This document shows, in pieces, positions 46,500-56,576 of a DNA stretch of 64,000 bases. Positions within the stretch are counted from its first letter, which is position 1. Each line of letters starts with the position of its first letter. Below the pieces are notes generated by a model. That model was not told the origin of the DNA. It ran no database searches and saw only the letters and a program-made list of their open reading frames with translations. The stretch is from an uncultured bacterium (GTDB taxonomy: Bacteria > Babelota > Babeliae > Babelales > Babelaceae). The stretch lies in contig CAWFXL010000001.1 of the NCBI GenBank assembly GCA_963819815.1, positions 1 through 64,000 on the forward strand. Reading direction: 5' to 3'. The position numbers were made by a program, and so were the translations under genes.

Positions 46500-46528
46500 C
46501 TGGCGCCTGGCGCCTAGCGCCTAGTGCC
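46500..46528 (-). repeat. Heptamer tandem array, inverted relative to 45,904-45,938
   Basis: + strand c TGGCGCC TGGCGCC TAGCGCC TAGTGCC; minus strand GGCACTA GGCGCTA GGCGCCA GGCGCCA. Confidence 0.72.
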
Positions 46529-48836
46529 GAACGACAGGTCCCCAATCATACAGTTCGCGATATACTTCCGCGTTCCGCTGCACGAGCCGCACATAGTCCC
46601 TCGTCTCGGCGAACGGAATTCGCTCGGCGAACAGCTCGGGATCGTCGGCGCCGGCCTTCGTCACCCAGCGCGTGACGCGCGAGCCGCCCGCGTTGTACGC
46701 CGCGAGTACGCGCGGCACGGCGCCGTGCTGCTTGATGAACGTTGCGAGATGCGCCGTGCCGAGCTGCAGGTTCGCGTCGGGGTCGAAGAGTAGCGCGGGA
46801 TACCACATCGGATAGGTGAGCGCCCGCGACACTTCTTCGCCGACCGACGGAAGGACTTGCATCAAGCCTCGAGCGCCGGCAACGGAGACAGCGCGCGGAT
46901 TGAAGCCCGACTCCTGTCGAATCAGCGCCGCAACGAGCACCGGATCGAGCGCGTTCGTCTTCGCGTCGAGTGCGAGCTCGTCGAGATCGAATACCGGAAA
47001 GAGCAGGCGGTACGTCCGCGCATCGCGGTGTCCCGCGTCGACGAGCTTTTGCGCGAGGCGAATCGCCCGCGACGATTGGCCGCGCTGAATCAGCGCGAAC
47101 GCGGCGGCGGCGAGACGTTGCGGCGATCCGTTCGCCGCGTCGTCGAGCGCATCGTATTCGAGCCGCGCCTCGACGTCCATCCCGAGCCGCTCGAGCAGCG
47201 CGATGCGCGCGACCGCGCTGTCTATCGCAGCGATGCGCGGCACTGAATCGCCGGCGCTCGCTGGTGCCCACGGTTTGCCGCCTAACCGCTTCGCGCTCGC
47301 GAAGGCGTAGTACGAGATGGGCTGCTGCGCCATCACTCGCTGCCACCGCTCCTTCGCCGTCGACTGATTCCCCGCGTCAGCCCAGGCGCGTCCACTCCAG
47401 AAGGTCGCGGCAAGCGACTCGTCGGAGCGCGGCATCAACGTGGTGAGCGAGTCGAACTCCTGTGCGGCCGCCGCGGCATTGCCGGAGGCGAGAGCGATGA
47501 TCGCTGCATTGAATCGCGCGTTCGCGGCGCGTGCGCTCGTCGGATAGGCGTGATAGAGCTGCTGATAGAGCGTGCGCGCCACGTCGTCGGTTCCAGCGTC
47601 GGTCGCGAGATCGGCGAGCAGGAAGAGCGCGGCGCTCGCCGACGCAGTATCCATCGGAAACCCAGCGACTGTGGCCCGAAGCGCGGCGATCGTTTCATCG
47701 CGCGTACCCGACGTCAACAGCACGCGCCCACGCTGATACGCGGCCTGTCCGGCCAGTGGTCCCTGCACTGCTTGTAGTTGTGCGAGCGCGTCCCGCGTAC
47801 GACCGACGCGCGACAACGCCTGCGCGTAGAGCAGGTGATCGTTCGGCACGATCAGCGTCGGCACGCCGAGCGCACGCGCAAACGCGGTGACGGCGCGCGC
47901 CGGCGTTCCCGTCGCCGTGCCACGCGCTATTGTGATTTCCTCGGCGGGCGTGAATGACGTGAAGCCGCGGTCGAGCACGTCCACGGCGCTGCGTGCGTCC
48001 ACAGTGTTCGGGTGCGCGCGAATGACGGCGAGCAATTCGTTCTTCACGACCTCGCGCGTCGCGGTATCCGGCGCGACGGACAGCCGAAGACGAAGCGACT
48101 GCACCGTGGCGCCGAGCGTCGCGAAGCGCGATGCGGCGCCGAGCGCGTCGCTGAATCGCTCTCGCGCCTGCGCCTCCGTCCACGCGACTCGGGGCTTGGC
48201 CGGCGCGAGTGAGACCTTTGCGAGGAGCTTGGCCCGCTGCACCGAGTCGACCTCGCTTCCCGCCGCGCGGAGGAAGAGCCACGACCGAACGGGGACAAGG
48301 GTCTCGGCGGCAAGCGTGTAGGTGGCCGCCGCGCTGTCGAACATGTTGTTGCGCTCGAACGCGCGCGCGAGAAGCGTGAGACGCACGGCGCGAATCGTCG
48401 GGTTCTTGGCGTCGCGCAACGCGGCCGCCGCGCGCGGACGTGCGACCGTGTCCGCACCACGCTCGAGCGCCGACCGCGTGAGCAATTCGCGTCCGTCGCC
48501 GCCGAACTCGGTGTCGAGCCATGGTTCGTTGGCGATCAGCTTCTCGACCTCGGGCCAACCGCCCCATCCGGCGGCAGCGCGAGCGGCCACGAGCAACGCC
48601 GCGGGCGTTCGCTCGCGCGAGTCGCGAAGCACCCGCGCCATGATCTGCGTCGCCCGCCACGGATGTCCCTGATCGATCGCGGCCTGCGCCTGCTTGAGCG
48701 GCGTGCTCTGAGCAATCGCCGAGGCAGCAGGGTCCTCACCGAGTGTCACCGACGCGACATCTCCGCCGGCATTCGACTCATGTGAGGAATTGCAGGCGAG
48801 CAGACCGGCGACAACGAACAGAAGAAAGCGCTTCAT
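46521..48836 (-). CDS. Slt70-like lytic transglycosylase, lipoprotein with TPR repeats
   Basis: Lipobox LLAC; ALIRQESGF, GARGLMQV, AAYNAG and ETRDYV. Confidence 0.92.
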   Translation of the reverse strand: MKRFLLFVVAGLLACNSSHESNAGGDVASVTLGEDPAASAIAQSTPLKQAQAAIDQGHPWRATQIMARVLRDSRERTPAALLVAARAAAGWGGWPEVEKLIANEPWLDTEFGGDGRELLTRSALERGADTVARPRAAAALRDAKNPTIRAVRLTLLARAFERNNMFDSAAATYTLAAETLVPVRSWLFLRAAGSEVDSVQRAKLLAKVSLAPAKPRVAWTEAQARERFSDALGAASRFATLGATVQSLRLRLSVAPDTATREVVKNELLAVIRAHPNTVDARSAVDVLDRGFTSFTPAEEITIARGTATGTPARAVTAFARALGVPTLIVPNDHLLYAQALSRVGRTRDALAQLQAVQGPLAGQAAYQRGRVLLTSGTRDETIAALRATVAGFPMDTASASAALFLLADLATDAGTDDVARTLYQQLYHAYPTSARAANARFNAAIIALASGNAAAAAQEFDSLTTLMPRSDESLAATFWSGRAWADAGNQSTAKERWQRVMAQQPISYYAFASAKRLGGKPWAPASAGDSVPRIAAIDSAVARIALLERLGMDVEARLEYDALDDAANGSPQRLAAAAFALIQRGQSSRAIRLAQKLVDAGHRDARTYRLLFPVFDLDELALDAKTNALDPVLVAALIRQESGFNPRAVSVAGARGLMQVLPSVGEEVSRALTYPMWYPALLFDPDANLQLGTAHLATFIKQHGAVPRVLAAYNAGGSRVTRWVTKAGADDPELFAERIPFAETRDYVRLVQRNAEVYRELYDWGPVVRH

Positions 48837-48906
48837 CCAGGAGCGAGAAGATCAGAAACCGTACCGCCCGGTCCGAGCAACAGCGACCGCTCGACGATCT
48901 CTGAGA

Positions 48907-50205
48907 TTAACGCACAGCTCGCAGCGTCGCTGGAGTCAGGCCCAGGGCGCCGCTGTCACGGCGCGCTCTGTTCTTCCGGTTCCCCTTGTCGACGTACATC
49001 GCCCGGTCGGCTCGCTCGATCGCCGTGGACAGCTGCTCGGAACTGGCGTAATCGGCGGTACCCAGGCTGACCTGGAGACCAATGGCGTCGCCCGACGCGG
49101 CGCGCGCCGGCTGCGCCTCCTCGATGGCCTGTCGAAGGCGTCCAAGCACGTTTGACGCGTGCGCTGAGGGCAGCACGACGAGGAATTCGTCGCCTCCCCA
49201 GCGATACAGCTTGTCGTAAGGACGAAGCGCACCGCGCAGCACCTCAGCGCACCGGCGAATGAGCTGATCGCCGACCGCATGACCATGCTGGTCGTTGGCT
49301 CGCTTCAGATTGTCGAGGTCGGCGATGACGACCGTGCCGAACGTGGCGCGAACCATCTCGAGTCCGACGCCTTCGGCGAACGCGCGCCGGTTGAGCGTGT
49401 CGGTGAGCGGGTCGTAGAGCGCGGCTCGCCGTAGACGGTCGTGCGTCAGCCGAAGCTCGGACTGGGCGTCGTCGACTTCTCGCTTCGCGTCCTCCATGAG
49501 CAGGAGGATCATCGCGTAGCCGAGCAGCACGTTGAGCGACAGATCGAGATACGAATTGTACGCAGTGATCCAGAGCGAGGCGTCGATGAAGGGGGTCGGC
49601 GCGCCAAGCAGGACGATGACGAACACGCCTCCGTAGATGCACCAGAGGACCGCGAGGAGTCCGAACGCTGCGCCGGTCGCCGTGCTGCCAACAGTTCGGC
49701 GCGGTCGCGGCAGCGACAGCATCGTCCACGCGCAGTACCCGAAGACAGGGAAGGCGACGGCGCTCTGCCAGACCACCATCTCGTTCAGGCCGCGGTGCAC
49801 GAGCATCGACGACACGGTGCCGAACAGCGCGGCGAGGAGCCAGAGATGCCGCGTGGCGCGAACGCCCGCCGTCGTTCCGACGAGATAGATCAGCGTGCCG
49901 CGGACGAAGAGCACGAACCCGACGACCTTGCTCGCCTGATAGACGAGGTAGAGGTAGCGAGTTGTAAGGTCGCCCTCCTCGAGTTGCACCCCGGTGATGC
50001 CGGGCACGAGGATGTAGCGAAGCACGAGCGCGGTGATCGCGATCGCGAACGCCACCCACGCCGCTGCCCACGCGGTGAAGTACGCTCGCCGCAAGACGAA
50101 CCGGCGAAGCGTCAGGAACAGGGCAATCAGCATCAGGGCGCCGCCCAACTGCACGACTACGCCCACGAACGCGAGGACGGGAAAGGTTTGCTGGTGAGGC
50201 TGCAT
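48907..50205 (-). CDS. Multi-TM diguanylate cyclase (GGDEF)
   Basis: About 7 TM helices; DPLTDTLNRR, DLDNLK.AND.HGH..GD, and RPYD I-site five residues before GGDEF. Confidence 0.9.
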   Translation of the reverse strand: MQPHQQTFPVLAFVGVVVQLGGALMLIALFLTLRRFVLRRAYFTAWAAAWVAFAIAITALVLRYILVPGITGVQLEEGDLTTRYLYLVYQASKVVGFVLFVRGTLIYLVGTTAGVRATRHLWLLAALFGTVSSMLVHRGLNEMVVWQSAVAFPVFGYCAWTMLSLPRPRRTVGSTATGAAFGLLAVLWCIYGGVFVIVLLGAPTPFIDASLWITAYNSYLDLSLNVLLGYAMILLLMEDAKREVDDAQSELRLTHDRLRRAALYDPLTDTLNRRAFAEGVGLEMVRATFGTVVIADLDNLKRANDQHGHAVGDQLIRRCAEVLRGALRPYDKLYRWGGDEFLVVLPSAHASNVLGRLRQAIEEAQPARAASGDAIGLQVSLGTADYASSEQLSTAIERADRAMYVDKGNRKNRARRDSGALGLTPATLRAVR

Positions 50206-50448
50206 TGCGGCGTCGGCGCCGGTCAGAGGAGGTCGAACAGCCTTACGTAGCTCGACGCCTGATATCCCGAGTCGTCACGCGATGCACGACGCCGGAACCA
50301 ACGGTCGCAAAATCCATGAGTCATCGGGCTTCCTGCAAGCGAAACAACGGCCTGAAGCAGAGCTTCAGACCGTTGTTTCGTGCCGCGGAGGAGAGGACGT
50401 GCCCACCCGCACGCCCGCGCTCACTCGCGCGTCGGAACTGTTGGAGCC

Positions 50449-50967
50449 CTAAAGGCCCTCTGAGCCCGGCTTCCCGAACCCTGGGCGACCACGGCCCTTG
50501 GCCCCTCGATTCGCCGCATGCTTTTGGAGTTGCGCGACATTGGCGTCGAACTTCGCCTGGTTCTCCGGCGAGAGCGCGGCGCGAACGTCGTTGCGCTGCG
50601 AAAGCATCAGTTGCTGCATCTGGTCGCGCTGACCTTTCGACTTCTCCCACAGTGCTCGCACGGCAGCGGAGTCTCCGCGCTGTCGGGCCGCACGCATGGC
50701 TTCCATGTCGGGTTTGTCCTGCTTGCGAAGCGCCTTCATCTGCGCCGCGTGCTGCGCGTCGATCGAGTGGAGCTTCGCCTTCTCGGCGTCGCTCAGCGTG
50801 ATGCCGCGGAGCAACGGATCGCGACCTGGGCCCTGTCGCCGAGCGCCGTGCCCGGCCCCGTGTGCTTGGGGAGTTTCGGGGGCGGACGTTGGCTGCTGGG
50901 CAGACGCGACCGCGACAGCACCGAACGTGAGCAGTGCCGCGGCCAGCGTCGAACGAATATGACTCAT
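50449..50967 (-). CDS. Spy/CpxP-family periplasmic chaperone-like protein
   Basis: Signal peptide; LSDAEK and LSPENQ LTxxQ-like motifs; helical Q/M/R-rich body. Confidence 0.75.
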   Translation of the reverse strand: MSHIRSTLAAALLTFGAVAVASAQQPTSAPETPQAHGAGHGARRQGPGRDPLLRGITLSDAEKAKLHSIDAQHAAQMKALRKQDKPDMEAMRAARQRGDSAAVRALWEKSKGQRDQMQQLMLSQRNDVRAALSPENQAKFDANVAQLQKHAANRGAKGRGRPGFGKPGSEGL

Positions 50968-51111
50968 GGTGGACCTCCACCATTCAAGGTTGGGGCGCGC
51001 GTTTGCGCCTTCACCCGGTAGACGCCTGCCTTTTGCCCACGTTAATGGCCCGTCTGTGAGAGCCAAACCCAACGGGCGCTGGAACTTTGGAACAAACTTA
51101 GTGTGACTGTC

Positions 51112-51513
51112 TCACGCGTTCGGGGAGTACGCCACGGCGCTTATCTCGACGAGGATCCCCCGCAGATTCGCGCCGAGCGCGGTCCGGGTCGGATAGGGCG
51201 ACGGCATGAGCTCCTTGTACGCGGTGTTGAAGCGGCCCCAATCGTCGATGTCGGCCAGGTAGACGATTACCGAGACCACCTCGGTGAGCGACGCCCCCGC
51301 CGCGGTCAGCGCACGTTGTACATTGGCAATGACCTGCTTCGTTTGGGATTCGATGTCGTCGCCGACGAGCGCGCCCGTCACCGGGTCCCGCGGCACCTGT
51401 CCCGACACGAAGACGAAACCGCCCGCGCGCGCAGCCGGTGAATACGCGCCAGCCGGCGGCGGCACATCGCCGCCGAGCATCACAGGTTGCCACTGCCGTT
51501 CGCGCTCTGTCAT
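51112..51513 (-). CDS. ridA: RidA family enamine/imine deaminase
   Basis: GAYSPA, FVFVSGQVP, FNTAY, PYPTRT (catalytic Arg) and LVEI. Confidence 0.88.
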   Translation of the reverse strand: MTERERQWQPVMLGGDVPPPAGAYSPAARAGGFVFVSGQVPRDPVTGALVGDDIESQTKQVIANVQRALTAAGASLTEVVSVIVYLADIDDWGRFNTAYKELMPSPYPTRTALGANLRGILVEISAVAYSPNA

Positions 51514-51550
51514 CTTCCGTCTCCACTTGATTGAGGGTCGTGCACCGAAA

Positions 51551-52131
51551 ATGCCGCTGACGATCGCTGAGCTCGAGACGCCAATTCCCGTCGTCGACCT
51601 GGACCGCCTCGCTCGTAATCTCGACCGGGCAGCCGAGTACGCAAAGGCGCACGGCCTGGGGCTCCGGCCACATATCAAAACCCACAAGTCACCCCGCATC
51701 GCGGGTGAGCAGCTGACCCGCGGCGCCGTGGGCGTAACGTGCGCGACCCCGTACGAGGCCGAGGTCATGAGCGAGGTGTGCAGCGACATTCTCGTTGCCT
51801 ACCCACCGGTCGGCCCGAAGCGCGCCGCGCGACTGGCCACGCTCGCGAGGAAGGTGCGACTCACCGTCGCGCTCGATTCGATTCAGGCCGTCGACGATCT
51901 GGCGCGCGCGGCGACTGAGGCCGGAAGCAAGATCGGTGTGTGCGTCGAGCTCGATCTAGGAATGCACCGCGTTGGGCTCCCGGTCGTCGACGACGCCATC
52001 GCGCTCGCGCGCGCGGTGCGTGAACGGCCGTCGCTCGAGTTTGCCGGCATCGCGTTCTATCCGGGGCACGTGCGTGAGCCAGTCGATCAGCAAACACTCA
52101 AGCTCGACCAACTCAAGACGACGATCGGCGC
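51551..52131 (+). CDS. PLP-dependent D-amino-acid enzyme (D-threonine aldolase / DSD1-like, alanine racemase fold), 3'-truncated at a junction
   Basis: LETP..VVDLD, LRPHIKTHKS, ELDLGMHRVG and YPGH. Confidence 0.85.
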
Positions 52132-54275
52132 GGTTTTAACCCTTCTTGATACTCATAGACTGCATTATTAATCATTTCACCAATATCATCACCACTGAAT
52201 CCTTCGGTTGCCGAGAGAATCTTATCGTAGAAGTCAGGTGATAGGGCATGTGGGGTACGAGAGACGACCTCAATACTATTTTGATGAAGATAATAGTTAA
52301 TAATTTTCTTCCTTTTTGCATAGTCTGGAAGAGGAATTTCAATAGTCTTACAGCGACGCATCACTGCGGGATCAATGTTTTCAGGATAGTTAGTCGTACA
52401 TATAACAAATATACGAGGATCATGTCGATACTGGTCAAGTGTGGTGATAAACGATTTAAGTGCTCTGTTATCCTCTTGGGTGCTACCATGAGGTTGTAAG
52501 CGTGAACTTGTTCCATCGATTTCATCGATGAGAATGATACAATTACCCAGTTTTAATGCTTCTGCAAAGAGGGCATCTAATTTCGCTTTACCGGAGCCTT
52601 GGTAGGCGTCCCTAAAGTCACCACCACCTGCATAGACAATTTTTCTACCAGCAGCACGTGCCATGACTTGAGCGATCGTACTCTTACCAGTACCAGGAGG
52701 ACCATAGAGGAGGAGACAATTTTTAAGTTTAGTGCCAGCTGATCGGGGAGCAGCTTCTCGTTTCATCTGCTTAATACAGATGGCTACCTCATTAGGAATC
52801 TTGCCACCAAAGAGATCCTCCAAAGAAGGAATTTCGTCGTCTCTGAGGTTCACTAATGGCGCATCATAATTCACACTATTTTTTTTAGCAGCGGCAGTGG
52901 TATCGGTACTCGCTTCCTCTTTTTCTCCCAATAAGTCTTTAATGAAATCATCTTTCTTTTTTTCAGGAGCAAGTTTTTTCGCGATTTGGAGCGCCTCTTG
53001 TACCGTATCTACAAGCGCAGTTATGGCTTCTTCATATTGGCGATCTTTATTGTGCGGATCAGTTACGGTAAACGTTACCTTATCATGCATCTTGGTAATG
53101 ACACATGAGGTCCATTGCTTTTCAAAGCTTATGAGGAAAAGCGCCTGAAATTTCTGAGGTTTTTTTTCAAGCTCAGTGCGGAGCCATGACAGTTCAAGAT
53201 TATTGGAGATACGTTCTTCAAGAGGGTGCTGACTCGTATACTCTAAGAAATGAATGTTTTCAAGGGCAACCGCTGAAAACTGATCAGGTGGATAGTGTGG
53301 AGGAATTGAATTTTTCGTGATCGCTTCTGCGAGCTCTTTTATTTCTGTGGCCGAGAGCCAGCTGCCATCGGGAAAGGATGAAGGTGAAGGACCGTAAGTT
53401 AAAGAGTAGACCCTAGTTCCGTTAACGTGCAGTTCATTGTGATTTTTTCCTTGTTTGAGCTCGCCCTCTAGAGAAGGTACAGTTGCAAGGTAGGATTCAA
53501 AGAGCTGACGTCCGAACGCAACTCCTTTTTTATTGTTTGTTTCGGCTGACTCTTGTTCGAGTGCTCTATAAAGGTCTTCAGTAGTTATGCGAAAGGTACC
53601 CCCTTTTTGAGAGTGCGCATGAGCTGCTCGCTGTGCAGCCCCAGGTATAAGACGTGCGAGATAATCTATTTCAGTGCGTTGAAGTGGTGTTCTGTCATCA
53701 TTAATAACGACTACAGCCTTTTGAGTTTGCAGAATATAAAAGTCCATCGAACTAATTTCTTTATACGGAATCGCATGAGTGCCCAATAGATGCAATAAGA
53801 ACTGATCTTCAAGATACCCTTTTAAGGTGCTTTCAAATCGATTTTGAATAATAGTTGAGCGCCATGCTGACTTTTCATGCGCAAAGAGCTGTTCAGCTAA
53901 CGAGCGATCATGCATTTTGCGTAGAAAGGCATTTTTTTCAGGTTCTTGTGCATAAGGAAGCACACTAGAGATAAGGCCATTATGGAGCGCGACATATCCT
54001 GAGCTTGCCTTAGTTTCTTCATAGCCAGAATCTTCACCACCAAAGATTGCGCTCAAATATTGAGCATAGGCGACATCTTTAATCTTTGCATGAACTGGTT
54101 CTGTAATTTCCAGAAGAGATTGTGCGGGTACTAGCTCAGGTAGGTCATTTTCATCTTCATCAAGACCCTGGTCAGATAATGCTGAGGTATGATCTAGTGT
54201 CGGATCTGGGTAAAGCGAGCCAGTAATACCTATAACTAAGAGTAAGCTAAGTAGAGATTTCTTAGGGATCATCAT
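52132..54275 (-). CDS. Signal-peptide protein with unknown N-terminal domain and C-terminal classic AAA ATPase; 3'-truncated at a junction
   Basis: Walker A GPPGTGKS, Walker B ILIDEID, SRH TTNYPENIDPAVMRR and TEGFSG. Confidence 0.88.
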
Positions 54276-54496
54276 GGGTCACCTCATGAAATTGGAGTAG
54301 GATATTTTTTATTATCAGTACTACATTCCTGTCTCTAATCATATATGATTTTATGATTTTCGGAAGTTTATTTTTTATGGATTTAAAATCAAAGTTTGAT
54401 TCATATGACTAGAAATGATTTGGATCGGAGCTAGACAAGAAGGGATGGCGTTAGCTATTTTAATTGAATCGTCATAAGGAATCCCATCTCCTCGTT

Positions 54497-56206
54497 TCAG
54501 GAGCAGGTTTTTTGATCGGCTTGCAGCGCCTCTTGTACTAAATCTACAAGCTTAGTTATGACTTCTTCATTTTGGCGATCTTTATTGAGCGGGTCAGTGA
54601 CGGTAAACGTTACCGTATCCTGCATCTTGGTGATAACACACGAGGTCCATTCCTCTCCGAAGTTTTTTATAAGTAGGAGCGCCTGAAACTTCAGAGGTTT
54701 TTTTTCAAGCTCGGTTTGGAGCCAGGATAGGGTAAGATTATTACGGAATTCTTCAAGAAAGGTCTTACTTGGATATTCTAAGCAACGAATGTTTTTAGGC
54801 AGAACCGCTGTTACTGTAGTTTTCTCCGGATATCCTAAGAATTGAATTTGTCCAAGAGTAGCCGCTATATCTACGACTGAGAGCCAGCTACCATCTTGAA
54901 AGGGTGTAGGCGAAGGACCACGGGTTAAAGAATGGACCATGGCTGAGAGCCAGCTACCATCTTGAGAGGTTGCAGGTGAAGGACCATAGGTTAAAGAATG
55001 AACCATAACTCCATTAACATACAGTTCGTTATGATTTTTTCCTTGTTTGAGCTTCCCCTCTAGGGTGGGTATCTTTGCAAGATAGGTTCCATAGAGTCTA
55101 AGTACAAACATCTCGGCCTCTTTATCGACCGGGTTGTCCGAGTTCCAAGCGGCTGGATTTTCTTTTAAAATTGCTTCATAAAGGAGTGCAAAAAAGACAT
55201 CTGGAGGAGTGATTATAAATTCTTTTTTAAAGTACTCATGGGCTGCTCGTTGTGCACACCCTGGTATAAGTTTTGTGATACACTCAATTTGAGCCCGTTG
55301 TAGAGGTGTTGCATCATCATTAATGACGACAGCACCCTTTTTTGTGCCCAGAATAAAAGGTTGCAATGCGGAATCATGAGGACCAAATTCTTCAATATGG
55401 GTTCCCGAAAGATGCAATAAGAAGTGTTCTTGAAGATACTCAGCTAAGATTCTTTCAAGTCGACTCTGCATGACAATTGAGCGCCATGAAGAATTCTCAG
55501 AAACAAAGAGCGGTGCTGCTGTTAATTGACTATGCATTGAACTAAGCAACCAACATAGCTCAGGTCCCTCAGCATAAGAAAGCATACTAGATATGATACC
55601 ATTATACAGTGCAACGTATCCTGAGTTTGCCTTAGTTTCTTCATAGCCAGAACCACCAAAAATGGCACTTACATATTGGGAATAGGCGACATCTTTAATC
55701 TTTACATGAACGGGTTCTGTGATCGCCTGTGCGGGTACTAGCTCAGGAAGATCATTTTCATCAAGAGTTTGGTCCGATAATGCTGGATTGCTTTGGATGA
55801 CTTCTTGTGTCAGCGGCAGAGGGGACAGAATTGAACCATTATTAGTTGAAATTTGATTACCTTTGGTAACTGATAACGCTGCTGCCCCTGGCAGAGTGGT
55901 CAACGCCCCCGTATTTTGCAGCGCAAGAAATGCCAGTGCTATTTTCAATCGATGTTTTCCGGCAATTTGTGCCCCTGACTTGAAGAGCTCAAAAACTACT
56001 TGCATTGCTTTGGGGCCATAGGAAAGAGCATCTAGAAGTATATCTTCGTCAAGCAGCTCTCTGTTTATAGGCTGTGAATCGGGACCGGACTCACTTTCAA
56101 GGCTGCGAGGAAGCTCAATAGAAGCTGCTGCTAGTGATGTGACAGGAGTCGCCATCACAGTAAACAGCATCCCTATCGCATACCATTCTTTCAACCGCAT
56201 TGACAT
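54497..56206 (-). CDS. Paralog of the N-terminal domain of the adjacent AAA proteins, lacking the AAA domain
   Basis: Shares DLPELVPAQ, SGYEETKA.SGYVAL.NG, DGSWLS and WTSCVITKM.D.VTFTVTDP.NKDRQ with 52,132-54,275. Confidence 0.85.
   Translation of the reverse strand: MSMRLKEWYAIGMLFTVMATPVTSLAAASIELPRSLESESGPDSQPINRELLDEDILLDALSYGPKAMQVVFELFKSGAQIAGKHRLKIALAFLALQNTGALTTLPGAAALSVTKGNQISTNNGSILSPLPLTQEVIQSNPALSDQTLDENDLPELVPAQAITEPVHVKIKDVAYSQYVSAIFGGSGYEETKANSGYVALYNGIISSMLSYAEGPELCWLLSSMHSQLTAAPLFVSENSSWRSIVMQSRLERILAEYLQEHFLLHLSGTHIEEFGPHDSALQPFILGTKKGAVVINDDATPLQRAQIECITKLIPGCAQRAAHEYFKKEFIITPPDVFFALLYEAILKENPAAWNSDNPVDKEAEMFVLRLYGTYLAKIPTLEGKLKQGKNHNELYVNGVMVHSLTYGPSPATSQDGSWLSAMVHSLTRGPSPTPFQDGSWLSVVDIAATLGQIQFLGYPEKTTVTAVLPKNIRCLEYPSKTFLEEFRNNLTLSWLQTELEKKPLKFQALLLIKNFGEEWTSCVITKMQDTVTFTVTDPLNKDRQNEEVITKLVDLVQEALQADQKTCS
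54877..55006. repeat. 66-bp in-frame tandem duplication
   Basis: MVHSLTYGPSPATSQDGSWLSA / MVHSLTRGPSPTPFQDGSWLSV. Confidence 0.9.
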
Positions 56207-56258
56207 TTTTGCTCCTCGATTTTCTACCAGCTATATTCTAGCATATTTATTTTCCAGA

Positions 56259-56375
56259 AATCATCAAGCGCTAACCTGGTTTACGAGTAATTCCAACAAA
56301 TCCCCCGTTTAAGCGAATTCGCAGATTGCACTTCGTCATAACCAGCTCCAAAGTCGTTGGCAATCCGTGGTGTAT
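56259..56375 (-). pseudogene. Degenerate copy of the SAM-binding motif region of the neighbouring methyltransferase
   Basis: PRIANDFGAGYDEVQSANSLKRG vs PGIAIDFGAGYAGVESAYLLKRG. Confidence 0.6.
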
Positions 56376-56576
56376 ATGCTGCGTATGGATATAGTGGAAT
56401 TTGTTGAATGCTGGTTATTTCTTGTACTACGGGCGTACGTGAGGTGGTTGTCCACCGAAAGTCCATAGATTCATGAATCCGAACACAGCATCAGAGATAA
56501 AGAGAAGGCTTATGTAGATCCAGAAGAGTGAGCAGGCTCCCAAAGCCTAAAGTGATAACCTTGCATCGGTAATTCC

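Noticed and set aside
45904..46528. Diversity-generating retroelement suggested by the Avd-like gene
   Set aside because: No reverse transcriptase and no TR/VR pair with adenine-specific mismatches in the window.
54877..55006. 66-bp repeat pair as a DGR TR/VR or CRISPR unit
   Set aside because: Adjacent, in-frame, only two copies, mismatches not adenine-restricted, and no spacers or cas genes.
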